From an uncultured delta proteobacterium (GTDB lineage: Bacteria; Myxococcota_A; Polyangia; Fen-1088): a DNA stretch of 64,000 bases. Below are positions 50,545 through 59,652 of this stretch, piece by piece. How positions within the stretch are numbered: position 1 is the stretch's first letter; every line of letters starts with the position of its first letter. The notes beneath the pieces were generated by a model. That model searched no databases. It was not told where the DNA came from and worked only from the letters and a program-made list of their open reading frames with translations. A program made the translations under genes and the position numbers. Where the stretch lies: assembly GCA_963737265.1 (NCBI GenBank), contig CAVTRY010000007.1:1-64000 (forward strand), given 5' to 3'.

Positions 50545-52614
50545 CTAGATTTCCGCTTCGGCGAGGGAGAATTTGTTGTTCTTCTCGTAGAGGACCTTGA
50601 AGGTCGGGCGCGTCTCCTGCGGCAGAAGCTGTTGCAGATGACTCTGTCGGCCGCGTTCGAACAGAATGAAGATGCGCCGGCCGCGATGGTTGGCGATCCA
50701 TTCCTTCATCTGGTCGTCGGCGCCGTCCTGGTCGAACACGGTTCGGTCTTCCTTGGGCCCTTCGTAGATCTCGTTCTTCGTGTAAAAGGTCTCGCCCCGC
50801 CAGTACATGTTGTAGGCAAACAGCCGCTCGTCCGGCGATCGGCGCTGGCGGTAATACTCGGCGATGGTTTCCTTCTGCGACCAGAACGGCGCCACGTCGC
50901 GCATGTACACGTCGAGCAGGAAGTAGGTCATCACGACCGACATCACGCACAGCCCGATAACCCCCGGACGCAAAAGCTTCTTCCAACCAAGCGCGAGCGT
51001 GGCGAGCGCAATCAGAACCGCCATTACCACAAGCGGCGTGCGGAAATCGAGCTCGCTCGGCCATGGCCGGCCGGTCGGGCTGTGCACGTAGTCGTAGCTG
51101 AACAGCCACAGGAACCTCTGCGCGGCGTTGCGTGCGCCAACCAGATCGGCAACGATCACGCCGAGCAGGGGAACACCGATCAGGGCCGACAGCCACGCAC
51201 GACGGACGTCCCGGCGCACGAGGATGTCGTCCAAAAAACAGCCGATTACGATGGCCAGTCCCGGGATGGCGGGCAAAACGTAGTGATGGAACTTGGTCAT
51301 GGACAGCGACACGAGGGCGTAGCCGGCGACGAACCAGATCCCGCCCAGCCAATACACCGCCTGCTTGCGCGCATCGTCCGTCTTACGCATCACCATCGTG
51401 GCCAGGGCGGCCGGCGCCAGCGCCACCCAGGGCAGAAGGCCGTAGCCCAGCTCGCGCAGGAAGTATTCGAAGCTGCCGCGGTCGCCGTGCCTTCCGAGCA
51501 TCATGCGCCGCCAGTGATTGTCGCCGAACAGCTCGTTCCAGAACGCCCAGCCATGGCGCGCAATCATGGCGTGATGCCAAGGCGCCGCAACGACGATCAT
51601 GACCAACGCCGACACAAGCACCGCAGGCAAGAGCTGCGCGCGGCGAAGGCGCTTCCAGTTCCAAGTGAAGAGCAAATACGCCAAGAAGATAATGATGGGC
51701 AGGCCCGCGCCCGCCAGGCCCTTGGCCAGCACCGCTACCCCGCACAACATCGCCGCAATGTAGAGATAAAGCGGCGCTCGGTAGCGCGCACGCGCGCACA
51801 GCCACAGGAACAGCAGCGAGCCCAAGTAGTACGGGATCATAATGACCGCGCCGTACATGAGGATTTCGTGGTCGCCGAAGGGAATCTTCACCTTGAGCTG
51901 GACGGAATCGATGATGAGCTGAGGCACGACCAGAAAGAGGAACACAGCGAGAGTGGTGAAAAACGCGGGGTGGTGCGGGTAGCTCCAAAATCCCCTCCCG
52001 CGGCGGGGCAGCACTTCGTCCTTGTCGTCAAGCAGCGCGATCGCGCCCAATGCCAGGGCCATGGTCATGGGTCCGACGAAGGCCATGTCGGTCATGGCCT
52101 GCCTTGCGATGAGCGAAAACATCGGACTCGTGGCCATGACCAGCGCGGACAGGAAACCGGCGCGCCGGGAAACGAAACGCGCCACGACCAGGTAGACGCC
52201 CCACATGGCGAGCACGCCGAGCAGGCAGAACGGCACACGCACCGCCCATTCGGTGCGCGACAGCAGCGCCATCTCGCCCGGATCGTTGCCGGGAAGGCCG
52301 ATGCGCGCGATGTGCATGCCGATGCTCATGATCCAGAACGTCAGCACTGGTTTGGACCAGAACACGTCGGCGTCACGCGGCGATCCCGGCCACCACAAAC
52401 TGATGAAATCGCCCCGCTTGGTCATCTGACGCGCGACTTCGGAGTAGTGCGTCTCCCACGGATCCCACAGGCCATAGGTGCCGGCGAATGGGATGTAAAG
52501 CAGCAGACCGACCGCGATGACCAGCAGGGTCATCTGGCGTTCACTGAGGCGGTCGAAAAAGCTCCCCACGCCGGCGGGCGCGGGGGCACAAGGTGGGCTT
52601 TCGGGGTTTGTCAC
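50545..52614 (-). CDS. ArnT/PMT-like GT-C glycosyltransferase
   Basis: LWDPWETHY, FWSKP, VRVP, MTDM, LAKG, TKFHHYVLP. The GTG start is inferred. Confidence 0.9.
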   Translation of the reverse strand: MTNPESPPCAPAPAGVGSFFDRLSERQMTLLVIAVGLLLYIPFAGTYGLWDPWETHYSEVARQMTKRGDFISLWWPGSPRDADVFWSKPVLTFWIMSIGMHIARIGLPGNDPGEMALLSRTEWAVRVPFCLLGVLAMWGVYLVVARFVSRRAGFLSALVMATSPMFSLIARQAMTDMAFVGPMTMALALGAIALLDDKDEVLPRRGRGFWSYPHHPAFFTTLAVFLFLVVPQLIIDSVQLKVKIPFGDHEILMYGAVIMIPYYLGSLLFLWLCARARYRAPLYLYIAAMLCGVAVLAKGLAGAGLPIIIFLAYLLFTWNWKRLRRAQLLPAVLVSALVMIVVAAPWHHAMIARHGWAFWNELFGDNHWRRMMLGRHGDRGSFEYFLRELGYGLLPWVALAPAALATMVMRKTDDARKQAVYWLGGIWFVAGYALVSLSMTKFHHYVLPAIPGLAIVIGCFLDDILVRRDVRRAWLSALIGVPLLGVIVADLVGARNAAQRFLWLFSYDYVHSPTGRPWPSELDFRTPLVVMAVLIALATLALGWKKLLRPGVIGLCVMSVVMTYFLLDVYMRDVAPFWSQKETIAEYYRQRRSPDERLFAYNMYWRGETFYTKNEIYEGPKEDRTVFDQDGADDQMKEWIANHRGRRIFILFERGRQSHLQQLLPQETRPTFKVLYEKNNKFSLAEAEI

Positions 52615-52786
52615 GGGGTCGTCCTCGTCAAGACAGGCGACTACGTCTATCACAGGAATGCAATTCCGGCGGCACCGCGGCTGTCCCATCCTTGCCCGCC
52701 ACAGCCCAAGGCGCGGTACCGCCATCCCCTTCCCTTGGCCCGCAGAACGAAAAACCCCCTCTTTCGCAATGCCAATAGATCCGGTC

Positions 52787-52818
52787 CACGCTTCTCTGCT
52801 CACGCTTCTCTGCTCACG
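52787..52818. repeat. 14-bp tandem duplication in a divergent intergenic region
   Basis: CACGCTTCTCTGCT twice, plus CACG. Confidence 0.8.
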
Positions 52819-52858
52819 TGTGCGGATGGTCCTAAAGCGCGTATGCTGCGACAGGGTT

Positions 52859-54007
52859 ATGGTTAGACCGGTCGCTGTCGTGCTGAAGAAGGATCTCAGT
52901 CGCACCCTGCGACAGGGCCATCCTTGGGTTTTCCGCGAAGCCATCGCCGGCTCACCGTCCATCCCACCGGGGGATCTCGTTGCGGTTGCCGACAAACATG
53001 GGCGCGAAGTCGCGTTCGGATACTGGGACGCCACCGGCCCAATCGCCGTGCGTGTACTTGACCTTCGTCCCGTCGACGACCCGACGGCGCTCATTCAACG
53101 CCGCCTGTACACCGCCCTCGCCATGCGGCGCGCCCGGCTCGACCTAGGTTCGACCAACGCCTTTCGCTGGGTGCACGGCGAATCCGATCGGCTCCCCGGC
53201 ATTCACGTCGATCTCTACGCCGACGTCGTTGCCGTTCGCTTCGATGGCGACGGCAGCCGCTCCTTCTTTCGCGACCTTCCGGCGATCCTGCCGAGCTGCG
53301 CGGACGGACTTTCCGTGCAACGCGTGATCGACCGCGATACCCGCAAGCACGACAGCCAAGAGGTGGAAATCGTCGAGAACGGCGTGCGCTTCATCGTCGA
53401 TGTCGGCAGAGGACAGAAAGGCGGCCTATTTCTCGATCAGCGAGAAAACCGGCAAGCCGTCTCGCTACGTGCGCGAGGAAAATCACTGCTCAACCTCTTC
53501 GGCTACACCGGTGGCTTTTCCATCTACGCCGCCAGAGCAGGCGCCCGCCGTACCGACACCGTGGACATCGCGCGCCCGGCTATCGCAGCGGCGCGCCGCA
53601 ACTTCGAATACAACCGACTCAATCTCGACCAGGCTGGATTTCACGCCATGGACGCCTTCGCCTTCCTCGACAAAGCGGTCTCGAACGGCCACACCTGGGA
53701 CATCGTGGTCTCCGACCCGCCAAGCTTTGCCCCTTCCAAAGACAGCGTTCCCGCAGCCCGTCGTTCGTACCTCCTCCTCCACCGCCTGGCCGCTCAGGTC
53801 GTGGCCAAGGGCGGTATTCTGTGCGCGGCATCCTGTTCAAGCCACCTGACCCGGCGGGAATTCCTCATCAGCGTCGAATCGGGTGTCCACCAGGCCGGTC
53901 GCCGGTTCGTACTTGAATCGTATACCGGCGCCGGCCTGGACCACCCCAGTTTGCCTGTGTTCCCCGAGGGCGATTACCTGAAATTCGCTCTCGGTAAAGT
54001 GCAGTAG
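52859..54007 (+). CDS. RlmI-like rRNA methyltransferase (PUA plus SAM domain)
   Basis: GHPWVF, HGESDRLPG, GQKGGLFLDQRENR, LNLFGYTGGF, DPPSF, SCS. Confidence 0.9.
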   Translation: MVRPVAVVLKKDLSRTLRQGHPWVFREAIAGSPSIPPGDLVAVADKHGREVAFGYWDATGPIAVRVLDLRPVDDPTALIQRRLYTALAMRRARLDLGSTNAFRWVHGESDRLPGIHVDLYADVVAVRFDGDGSRSFFRDLPAILPSCADGLSVQRVIDRDTRKHDSQEVEIVENGVRFIVDVGRGQKGGLFLDQRENRQAVSLRARGKSLLNLFGYTGGFSIYAARAGARRTDTVDIARPAIAAARRNFEYNRLNLDQAGFHAMDAFAFLDKAVSNGHTWDIVVSDPPSFAPSKDSVPAARRSYLLLHRLAAQVVAKGGILCAASCSSHLTRREFLISVESGVHQAGRRFVLESYTGAGLDHPSLPVFPEGDYLKFALGKVQ

Positions 54008-54073
54008 CGCGACCGCTACCGCACGCGCTCTCTGTTCCGTTGCCTTGCACCTTTCCCAGCCGGTCTCCCGTGC

Positions 54074-54259
54074 CTAACGCAGGACCGTGGCGAGACGGGA
54101 AACCAAGCTGCTTGCGAGATGAACCACGATGCCGACGCCGACGACGAACCCAAGCTGTCGACCCGCCTCGCCCACCGAATCAGCCCACAGATCCACCTTC
54201 GCCTCGCTACCCACCATCGTGGTCGGTAAAACTTGAAGAACTGTCTCTGGCGTTCGCAT
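54074..54259 (-). CDS. Putative small membrane protein, 61 aa
   Basis: Strong SD AAAGGAGG 9 nt before the ATG; C-terminal hydrophobic helix. Confidence 0.45.
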   Translation of the reverse strand: MRTPETVLQVLPTTMVGSEAKVDLWADSVGEAGRQLGFVVGVGIVVHLASSLVSRLATVLR

Positions 54260-54460
54260 CTCGTTTAACCTCCTTTCTTACTTAGGCACACTCACACTGT
54301 GACCTAGGGTGGGTTTCGAGTCCTCGATCAGTTTTGTTAATTTATGAAGGCTGGGTCCGATCGATTTAGAAACAAGATCTATTCCGTCCTATTTAGCTGT
54401 GGGAAAACAGGAACTTCCGCCTTCCCCTCGTTCCGACGATGCGGTGTACAATCGCCAATC

Positions 54461-54904
54461 ATGAGCGAAACAGGCGCAAGCTTCGGCGGCAAACCGCAAC
54501 GCAAATTCGAAGGTGCTGGCGGCACGCCAGGCGGGGTGGGCGAATTTTTCATCGGCGTTTTGCTGGCGGCCGTCGGTTGCTACCTGCTGTTCACGCACGT
54601 GCAGGTCCATTCGTCGTACTGGAACTTCATGGACTTTGGTGGCGCCGGCCACAGCTTCGGAATCAGCCTGCTGCCGTTGCTTTTCGGCGTCGGCATTCTG
54701 TTCGTAAACGGCCGCTCGGTGCTGGGATGGCTGCTGGCCGTGGGCGGCCTGCTCTTCATCCTGGCCGGCATCCTCGTCAACCTGGATATCTACTTCCAGC
54801 GTACGTCGCTGATGAACACGCTGATCATGCTGGGCACGATCGCAGCCGGCTTCGGCCTCATCGTCAAGGGCCTGCGCCCGCACAAGGTGAAAAGCGACAA
54901 CTAG
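54461..54904 (+). CDS. Hypothetical four-helix membrane protein
   Basis: GAGGTPGG followed by four hydrophobic segments. Confidence 0.8.
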   Translation: MSETGASFGGKPQRKFEGAGGTPGGVGEFFIGVLLAAVGCYLLFTHVQVHSSYWNFMDFGGAGHSFGISLLPLLFGVGILFVNGRSVLGWLLAVGGLLFILAGILVNLDIYFQRTSLMNTLIMLGTIAAGFGLIVKGLRPHKVKSDN

Positions 54905-54946
54905 GCTTGCACTCGGCTGCGTCGAGTGGGTATCACGGGTGTAGTC

Positions 54947-56783
54947 GTGTCCACCGTTCGAGCTTCTGGCGCCCGCCAAGGATTTGGAAGCCGGTATTGC
55001 CGCCATCAATTGCGGCGCCGACGCTGTCTATGCCGGTGCCCCGCGCTTCGGCGCGCGCGAGGCGGCGGGGAACTCGCTGGCAGATATTGAGGTTTTGGCG
55101 GCCCACGCGCATCGCTACTGGGCCAAGGTCTATGCCGCGGTCAATACCATCCTACACGACGACGAAATCGAGGCGGCCGTCCACCTGTGCCACGATCTGC
55201 ATCGTGCGGGCGTGGATGGACTCATCATCCAGGACGCGGGCCTGCTCGAATGCGATTTGCCGCCCCTGCCGCTGATCGCCAGCACGCAGATGCACAACCA
55301 CATTCCGGAGCGTGTGGCCTTCCTCGAAAGCGTCGGCTTTGCGCGCGCGATCCTGGCGCGCGAGCTCGATCTCGACCAGATCCGTGCGATCCGCGCCGCC
55401 ACATCCATCGAGCTGGAGGTCTTCATTCACGGCGCCCTGTGCGTTTGCATGAGCGGCCAGTGTACCCTTAGCTACGCCATGGGCGGACGCAGCGGCAACC
55501 GCGGCCAATGCGCGCAACCTTGCCGCCGCGCCTATTCCTTGGTCGACGCCAACGGCACGAGCGTGGTCGCCGATCGCCACCTACTTTCGCTGCGCGATTT
55601 GAACCTGACACCTCACCTCGGCGCCCTACTCGACGCCGGCGTGACCTCGTTCAAAATCGAAGGGCGCCTCAAGAACAAGTCCTACGTCATGAATGTCGTC
55701 GGCCACTATCGCCAAGCCCTGGATCGCGTGCTTGCCGACCGAGGCGACCGCAAGGCCTCGTCGGGGACCACAACCCTCGACTTCGTTCCCAACCCCGACA
55801 AGACTTTCAATCGCGGCTACACCACCTATTTCCTGACCGGCCGAGGCGCCGACGTGGCCTCGCCCGATTCGCCCAAGCACGTGGGCGAACCGCTTGGTCA
55901 CGTCGTCGCCGTGGGCAGCGATTGGTTCACCTTGGATGCGCCTTTGCCACTGCGAAGGGGCGACGGCATCACCTTCTTCGGCATCGACCATCAGCTTGCG
56001 GGAACGCGGGTCAACCAGGCCGAGGGCCCAACCATATTCCCGCAAGCGCTCGACGGTCTCGTGCGTGGCGCACGCGTATTTCGCAACCACGATCATGCGT
56101 TCGCAGCGCTCATCGCCAAGAGCCGTCCCACGCGCAAGATCGCCGTCGACCTCAGGCTTGGCGAAACATCCGACGGAATTGTTCTCGAAGCCATCGACGA
56201 GGATGGTGTGCGAGCAAGCGCTGCGTTGGCTTGCGACCGGATCGCGGCCGACAAGCCGGCACAAGCGCAGACGGTCGTGGCACAGCAGTTGGCCAAGCTG
56301 GGCGACACCGAGTTCGTCGCCAGGCACATCGACATCGCGTGGACCACGCCGCTTCACCTGCCGGTGAGCCAGATCAATTCGCAGCGTCGCGCGTTGGCCG
56401 AGAATCTGGCCGCCGCCCGTGCGCAAGCGCGCCCCGTGCAATCCTCGTCCATCACGCCTTGTGGGCTGCCCTTTCCCGAGGACAGGCTCTCCTACCTCGG
56501 CAACGTCCTCAACCAAAAGGCCGCCGCGTTCTATCGCCGCCACCACGTGACCGACATCGAACCGGCCGCGGAAAGCGGCCTCGCTCTCGCGGGCCGCACC
56601 GTGATGACCACGCGCTACTGCCTCAAATACGAGCTTGGATGCTGTCCGCGCGACCATCGTTCGCCAAACACAGCCGCACCGCCCGAACCTTGGTTTCTCG
56701 TCGACGACGAACGTCGCCGGCTGGGCTTGCGCTTTCTCTGTGCCGAGAAAAGCTGCGTGATGAAGATCGTCTACCTCGGCTAA
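54947..56783 (+). CDS. U32-family (RlhA-like) protein with DUF3656-like domain; 5' end anomalous
   Basis: ELLAPA, GADAVY, ASTQM, HGALC..SGQC, NRGQCAQPCR, KIEGR. Confidence 0.9.
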
Positions 56784-56866
56784 CTCCAAATCAGGAATGC
56801 GGTACGCGCCACCCGCCTAGTGTGCACGAACGAAGCGCACCTTGCCTACTCCTCCGGATTTTCCTG

Positions 56867-58027
56867 TCACAGCACCGAGGCCACGCCCAGCACCATTCCC
56901 GTGCCGCTCGCCACCGGCGTGAGGGTCGGCATGAGACGTTCGGCGAACCCCGGATCGCGATGTCTTCTTGGCACATCGGCTTCCATGTCCCGCGTGAGCA
57001 ACCAAGCCGTGGTGAGCCCGGCGGCCATGCCCAGGCTGGTCGACGTCAACGCCCCCCGGCCGCTGGCGTTTCGATCCTGGATCGCCAAGTAGAGCCCGCC
57101 CGAAAGCAGGCCACCGCTCAGCCCTCCGAGATCGACGAAACGAACGCGCGCGATCGAAGGCGAAACCTCCGCCCCGACCAACGCGCCGGCCACGGCGCCG
57201 GCGTTGAGAGCGATAGCCGAGGACAGGAGTGCCGTGTCGGCGTGATTACTTGCGCCGCCGGCAAGCGTACCGGCGACCAGCCCGCTCCACATGGCCGCCG
57301 ACGCCATCAACGACGCCCGGCCCGGTGTGGTGCCGTAAGCGGCACCGACGCTACCACCGGCGATCGCGCCCAGGGTTCCCAAGCCCCAGATCAAGGTCGC
57401 CACGTTCTGACCACTCCATTCGGAGGAATTCGGCACGCTGGCTTGACGCCACAGAATCCAGGTAATGCCCTCCTCGAATCCAACGTACATTCCCGACACG
57501 ATCGACTGGGCTACGCCGTAGCCGACATGGGCGTTGTTGTCCAGCGCCGCCACGATGCCGGCCGACGCTCCGGCCAACGCCAGCGGCGGAAGGATGATGC
57601 CGCCGGCAGACTTTGCGTTGGTGCGCGTGTCCAGCACGACCCCGGCGTACAATCCGTACAGGACCGCGTTGGTATAGAGGATGGCAAGCTCGTCGGTGGT
57701 CCGCCGATCTTCGAGCAGCTTGGGCGGGTTAAGCGCCATCCTTTCCGGTGTGGTGAGAAGAAATCCGCCCGCCACCCAGGTCCGACACGCGCCCAGCATC
57801 TCGCTGGCGACGATTCGACGCTCTCGGTCCGGCGCGGACGACACAAGGCTTTCGAACTTCGACGCTGCGGCTTGAAAATGCCCTGCCAACATCTCGGCAC
57901 GCGCCTCGACATAGCCTGCGGACCACTGATCATCCGTCACGGACCCACCCGCGTCCGGGGCGGCCAAAGCCGGCAAGCCGACGGCGGAAACGCCCAAAAT
58001 CAAGACCAGTGCGTACGCCGATTTCAT
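56867..58027 (-). CDS. Hypothetical exported/membrane protein, Gly/Ala-rich helices
   Basis: Signal peptide, a TPR-like helix pair and multiple glycine-zipper-like segments. Confidence 0.75.
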   Translation of the reverse strand: MKSAYALVLILGVSAVGLPALAAPDAGGSVTDDQWSAGYVEARAEMLAGHFQAAASKFESLVSSAPDRERRIVASEMLGACRTWVAGGFLLTTPERMALNPPKLLEDRRTTDELAILYTNAVLYGLYAGVVLDTRTNAKSAGGIILPPLALAGASAGIVAALDNNAHVGYGVAQSIVSGMYVGFEEGITWILWRQASVPNSSEWSGQNVATLIWGLGTLGAIAGGSVGAAYGTTPGRASLMASAAMWSGLVAGTLAGGASNHADTALLSSAIALNAGAVAGALVGAEVSPSIARVRFVDLGGLSGGLLSGGLYLAIQDRNASGRGALTSTSLGMAAGLTTAWLLTRDMEADVPRRHRDPGFAERLMPTLTPVASGTGMVLGVASVL

Positions 58028-58042
58028 GGTGGCTGGCATCTG

Positions 58043-58059
58043 AGCAAAGCGGCTGCCAA
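58043..58059 (-). promoter_or_regulatory. Candidate sigma54 promoter
   Basis: TTGGCAG-CCGCT-TTGCT (GG-N10-GC) just upstream of ATG 58027. Confidence 0.5.
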
Positions 58060-58172
58060 GTCCGAAAGTCTAGCGAAGGCGCGCTCATTGGCGGCAAAGT
58101 GGGCGCCAACCAGTCAGACTTTCACCACCATGCGACGCGGTAACGCGCCCGTGGTGACCGGGGATCTGACCG

Positions 58173-59423
58173 CTACTCCGAAGCGAGCTGCACGCAGACC
58201 GCGACCGCTTCCATCGCCTTACGCACCTGATCGAGCGGAGGGCGAGTGGGCGAGATGCGAATGTTGCGGTCGTTGGGATCTTTGCCAAACGGATAGGTCG
58301 CCCCGGCCGGCGTCAGCGCCACGCCCGCTTCCTTGGCCAGCTGAACGACCGCGCTGGCCACCGGCTTTTCGGTGTCGAGGCTGACGAAGTAGCCACCCTT
58401 GGGCCGCGTCCAACGCGCCAGCCCCGTGCCGCCGAGCTCGCGCGACAGAACTTCCTCGACCGCCGCGAACTTGGGCGCAAGCAGCCTGGCGTGGGCCTTC
58501 ATCACGCCGCCGATGCCGCCGGGATAGCGGCCAAGAAACAGAACGTGCCGGTACTGCTCGACCTTGTTGGGCGTGATCATCTGCGTGCCCATCAGCTCGC
58601 CGATCCAAGCGACGGTTTCCTTGCTGCCGGCGAGGAAGCTGACCCCGGCGCCGGCGAAGGTGATCTTGGAGGTGGAGCCGAACAGCACCACGCGCGTGGG
58701 GTTCCCCGCCTTTTTCGCCGCGCCGAGAAGATCGGGATGGGCCGGCGGCGTGTCGTCGAGGTGGTGAACGGCATAGGCATCGTCGGCGAAGATGGTGAAG
58801 TCCGACGCCGCCGTCTTCATCGCGCCCAGGCGATCGGCAACGGCCTGCGACGTTGTGTCGCCAGTCGGGTTGCTGTAGGTGGGCACGTAGAGCAAGCCCT
58901 TGACGGTTGGGTCGGAGCCAGCCAGGCGCTCGATGGCTGCGATGTCGGGTCCGTCCGCGGTCATGCCCACCGGAAGCATGGTGATGCCGAGCCGTTCCAG
59001 CATGAGGAAGTGACGGTCGTAGCCGGGCACGGTGACGATGAATTTCACCTCGCCACGGCCCCACGCCGCCGGGCTGCCCGGCACCCCCTTGAGCATGGCC
59101 CACATGAGCACGTTGCCAAGCAGCGCCAGGCTGGCATTATTGCCCACGATGACTTCGTCCGGCTGCACGCCAAGCACCGGCGCGAACAGCTCGCGCGCTT
59201 CCTTGAGGCCCGCGATGCCACCAGGATAATTGCGCAAGGCAACGCCGCTTGGCGTGACGAGCGACTCTTCGTCCACGATGGTCAGCATGGGATTCGAGAC
59301 GTCGAAGTTGTCATCCCCGGGCTGCCCGCGCGTGAGATCCAGCTTGAGACCCAAGGCTCGCAGGGCATCGTAGCGGTCGCGTGTTTTGCTCATGGTCTGG
59401 TTGAAATGCCCCATCGCGGACAA
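58173..59423 (-). CDS. PLP-dependent aminotransferase, Rv3722c-like aspartate aminotransferase family (start may be 59393)
   Basis: LDLTRGQP, VPGYDRHF, VPTYSNPTG, DDAYAVHH, STSKITFAG, PKGGYF. Confidence 0.9.
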   Translation of the reverse strand: MSAMGHFNQTMSKTRDRYDALRALGLKLDLTRGQPGDDNFDVSNPMLTIVDEESLVTPSGVALRNYPGGIAGLKEARELFAPVLGVQPDEVIVGNNASLALLGNVLMWAMLKGVPGSPAAWGRGEVKFIVTVPGYDRHFLMLERLGITMLPVGMTADGPDIAAIERLAGSDPTVKGLLYVPTYSNPTGDTTSQAVADRLGAMKTAASDFTIFADDAYAVHHLDDTPPAHPDLLGAAKKAGNPTRVVLFGSTSKITFAGAGVSFLAGSKETVAWIGELMGTQMITPNKVEQYRHVLFLGRYPGGIGGVMKAHARLLAPKFAAVEEVLSRELGGTGLARWTRPKGGYFVSLDTEKPVASAVVQLAKEAGVALTPAGATYPFGKDPNDRNIRISPTRPPLDQVRKAMEAVAVCVQLASE

Positions 59424-59652
59424 AAAATCCAGCCTGAACCGACGGCGACGACTGGTTTCCTTCCATCGTGTACGTTGCTATTTCCCGGCTACTTTCTCGC
59501 TATTTCCTTTCAACCACGACCAGGACCTCCTCGGCGTGGAGGCTATCCTCCGGGCGCCAGGGTCGCACCGAGCCATCGGTGAAACTGTGACCGGCCACGA
59601 TGCGCACGTTCGCTGCGACGCCAAGGTGAGCGCGGCCGCTGGCGGCCGTGGT

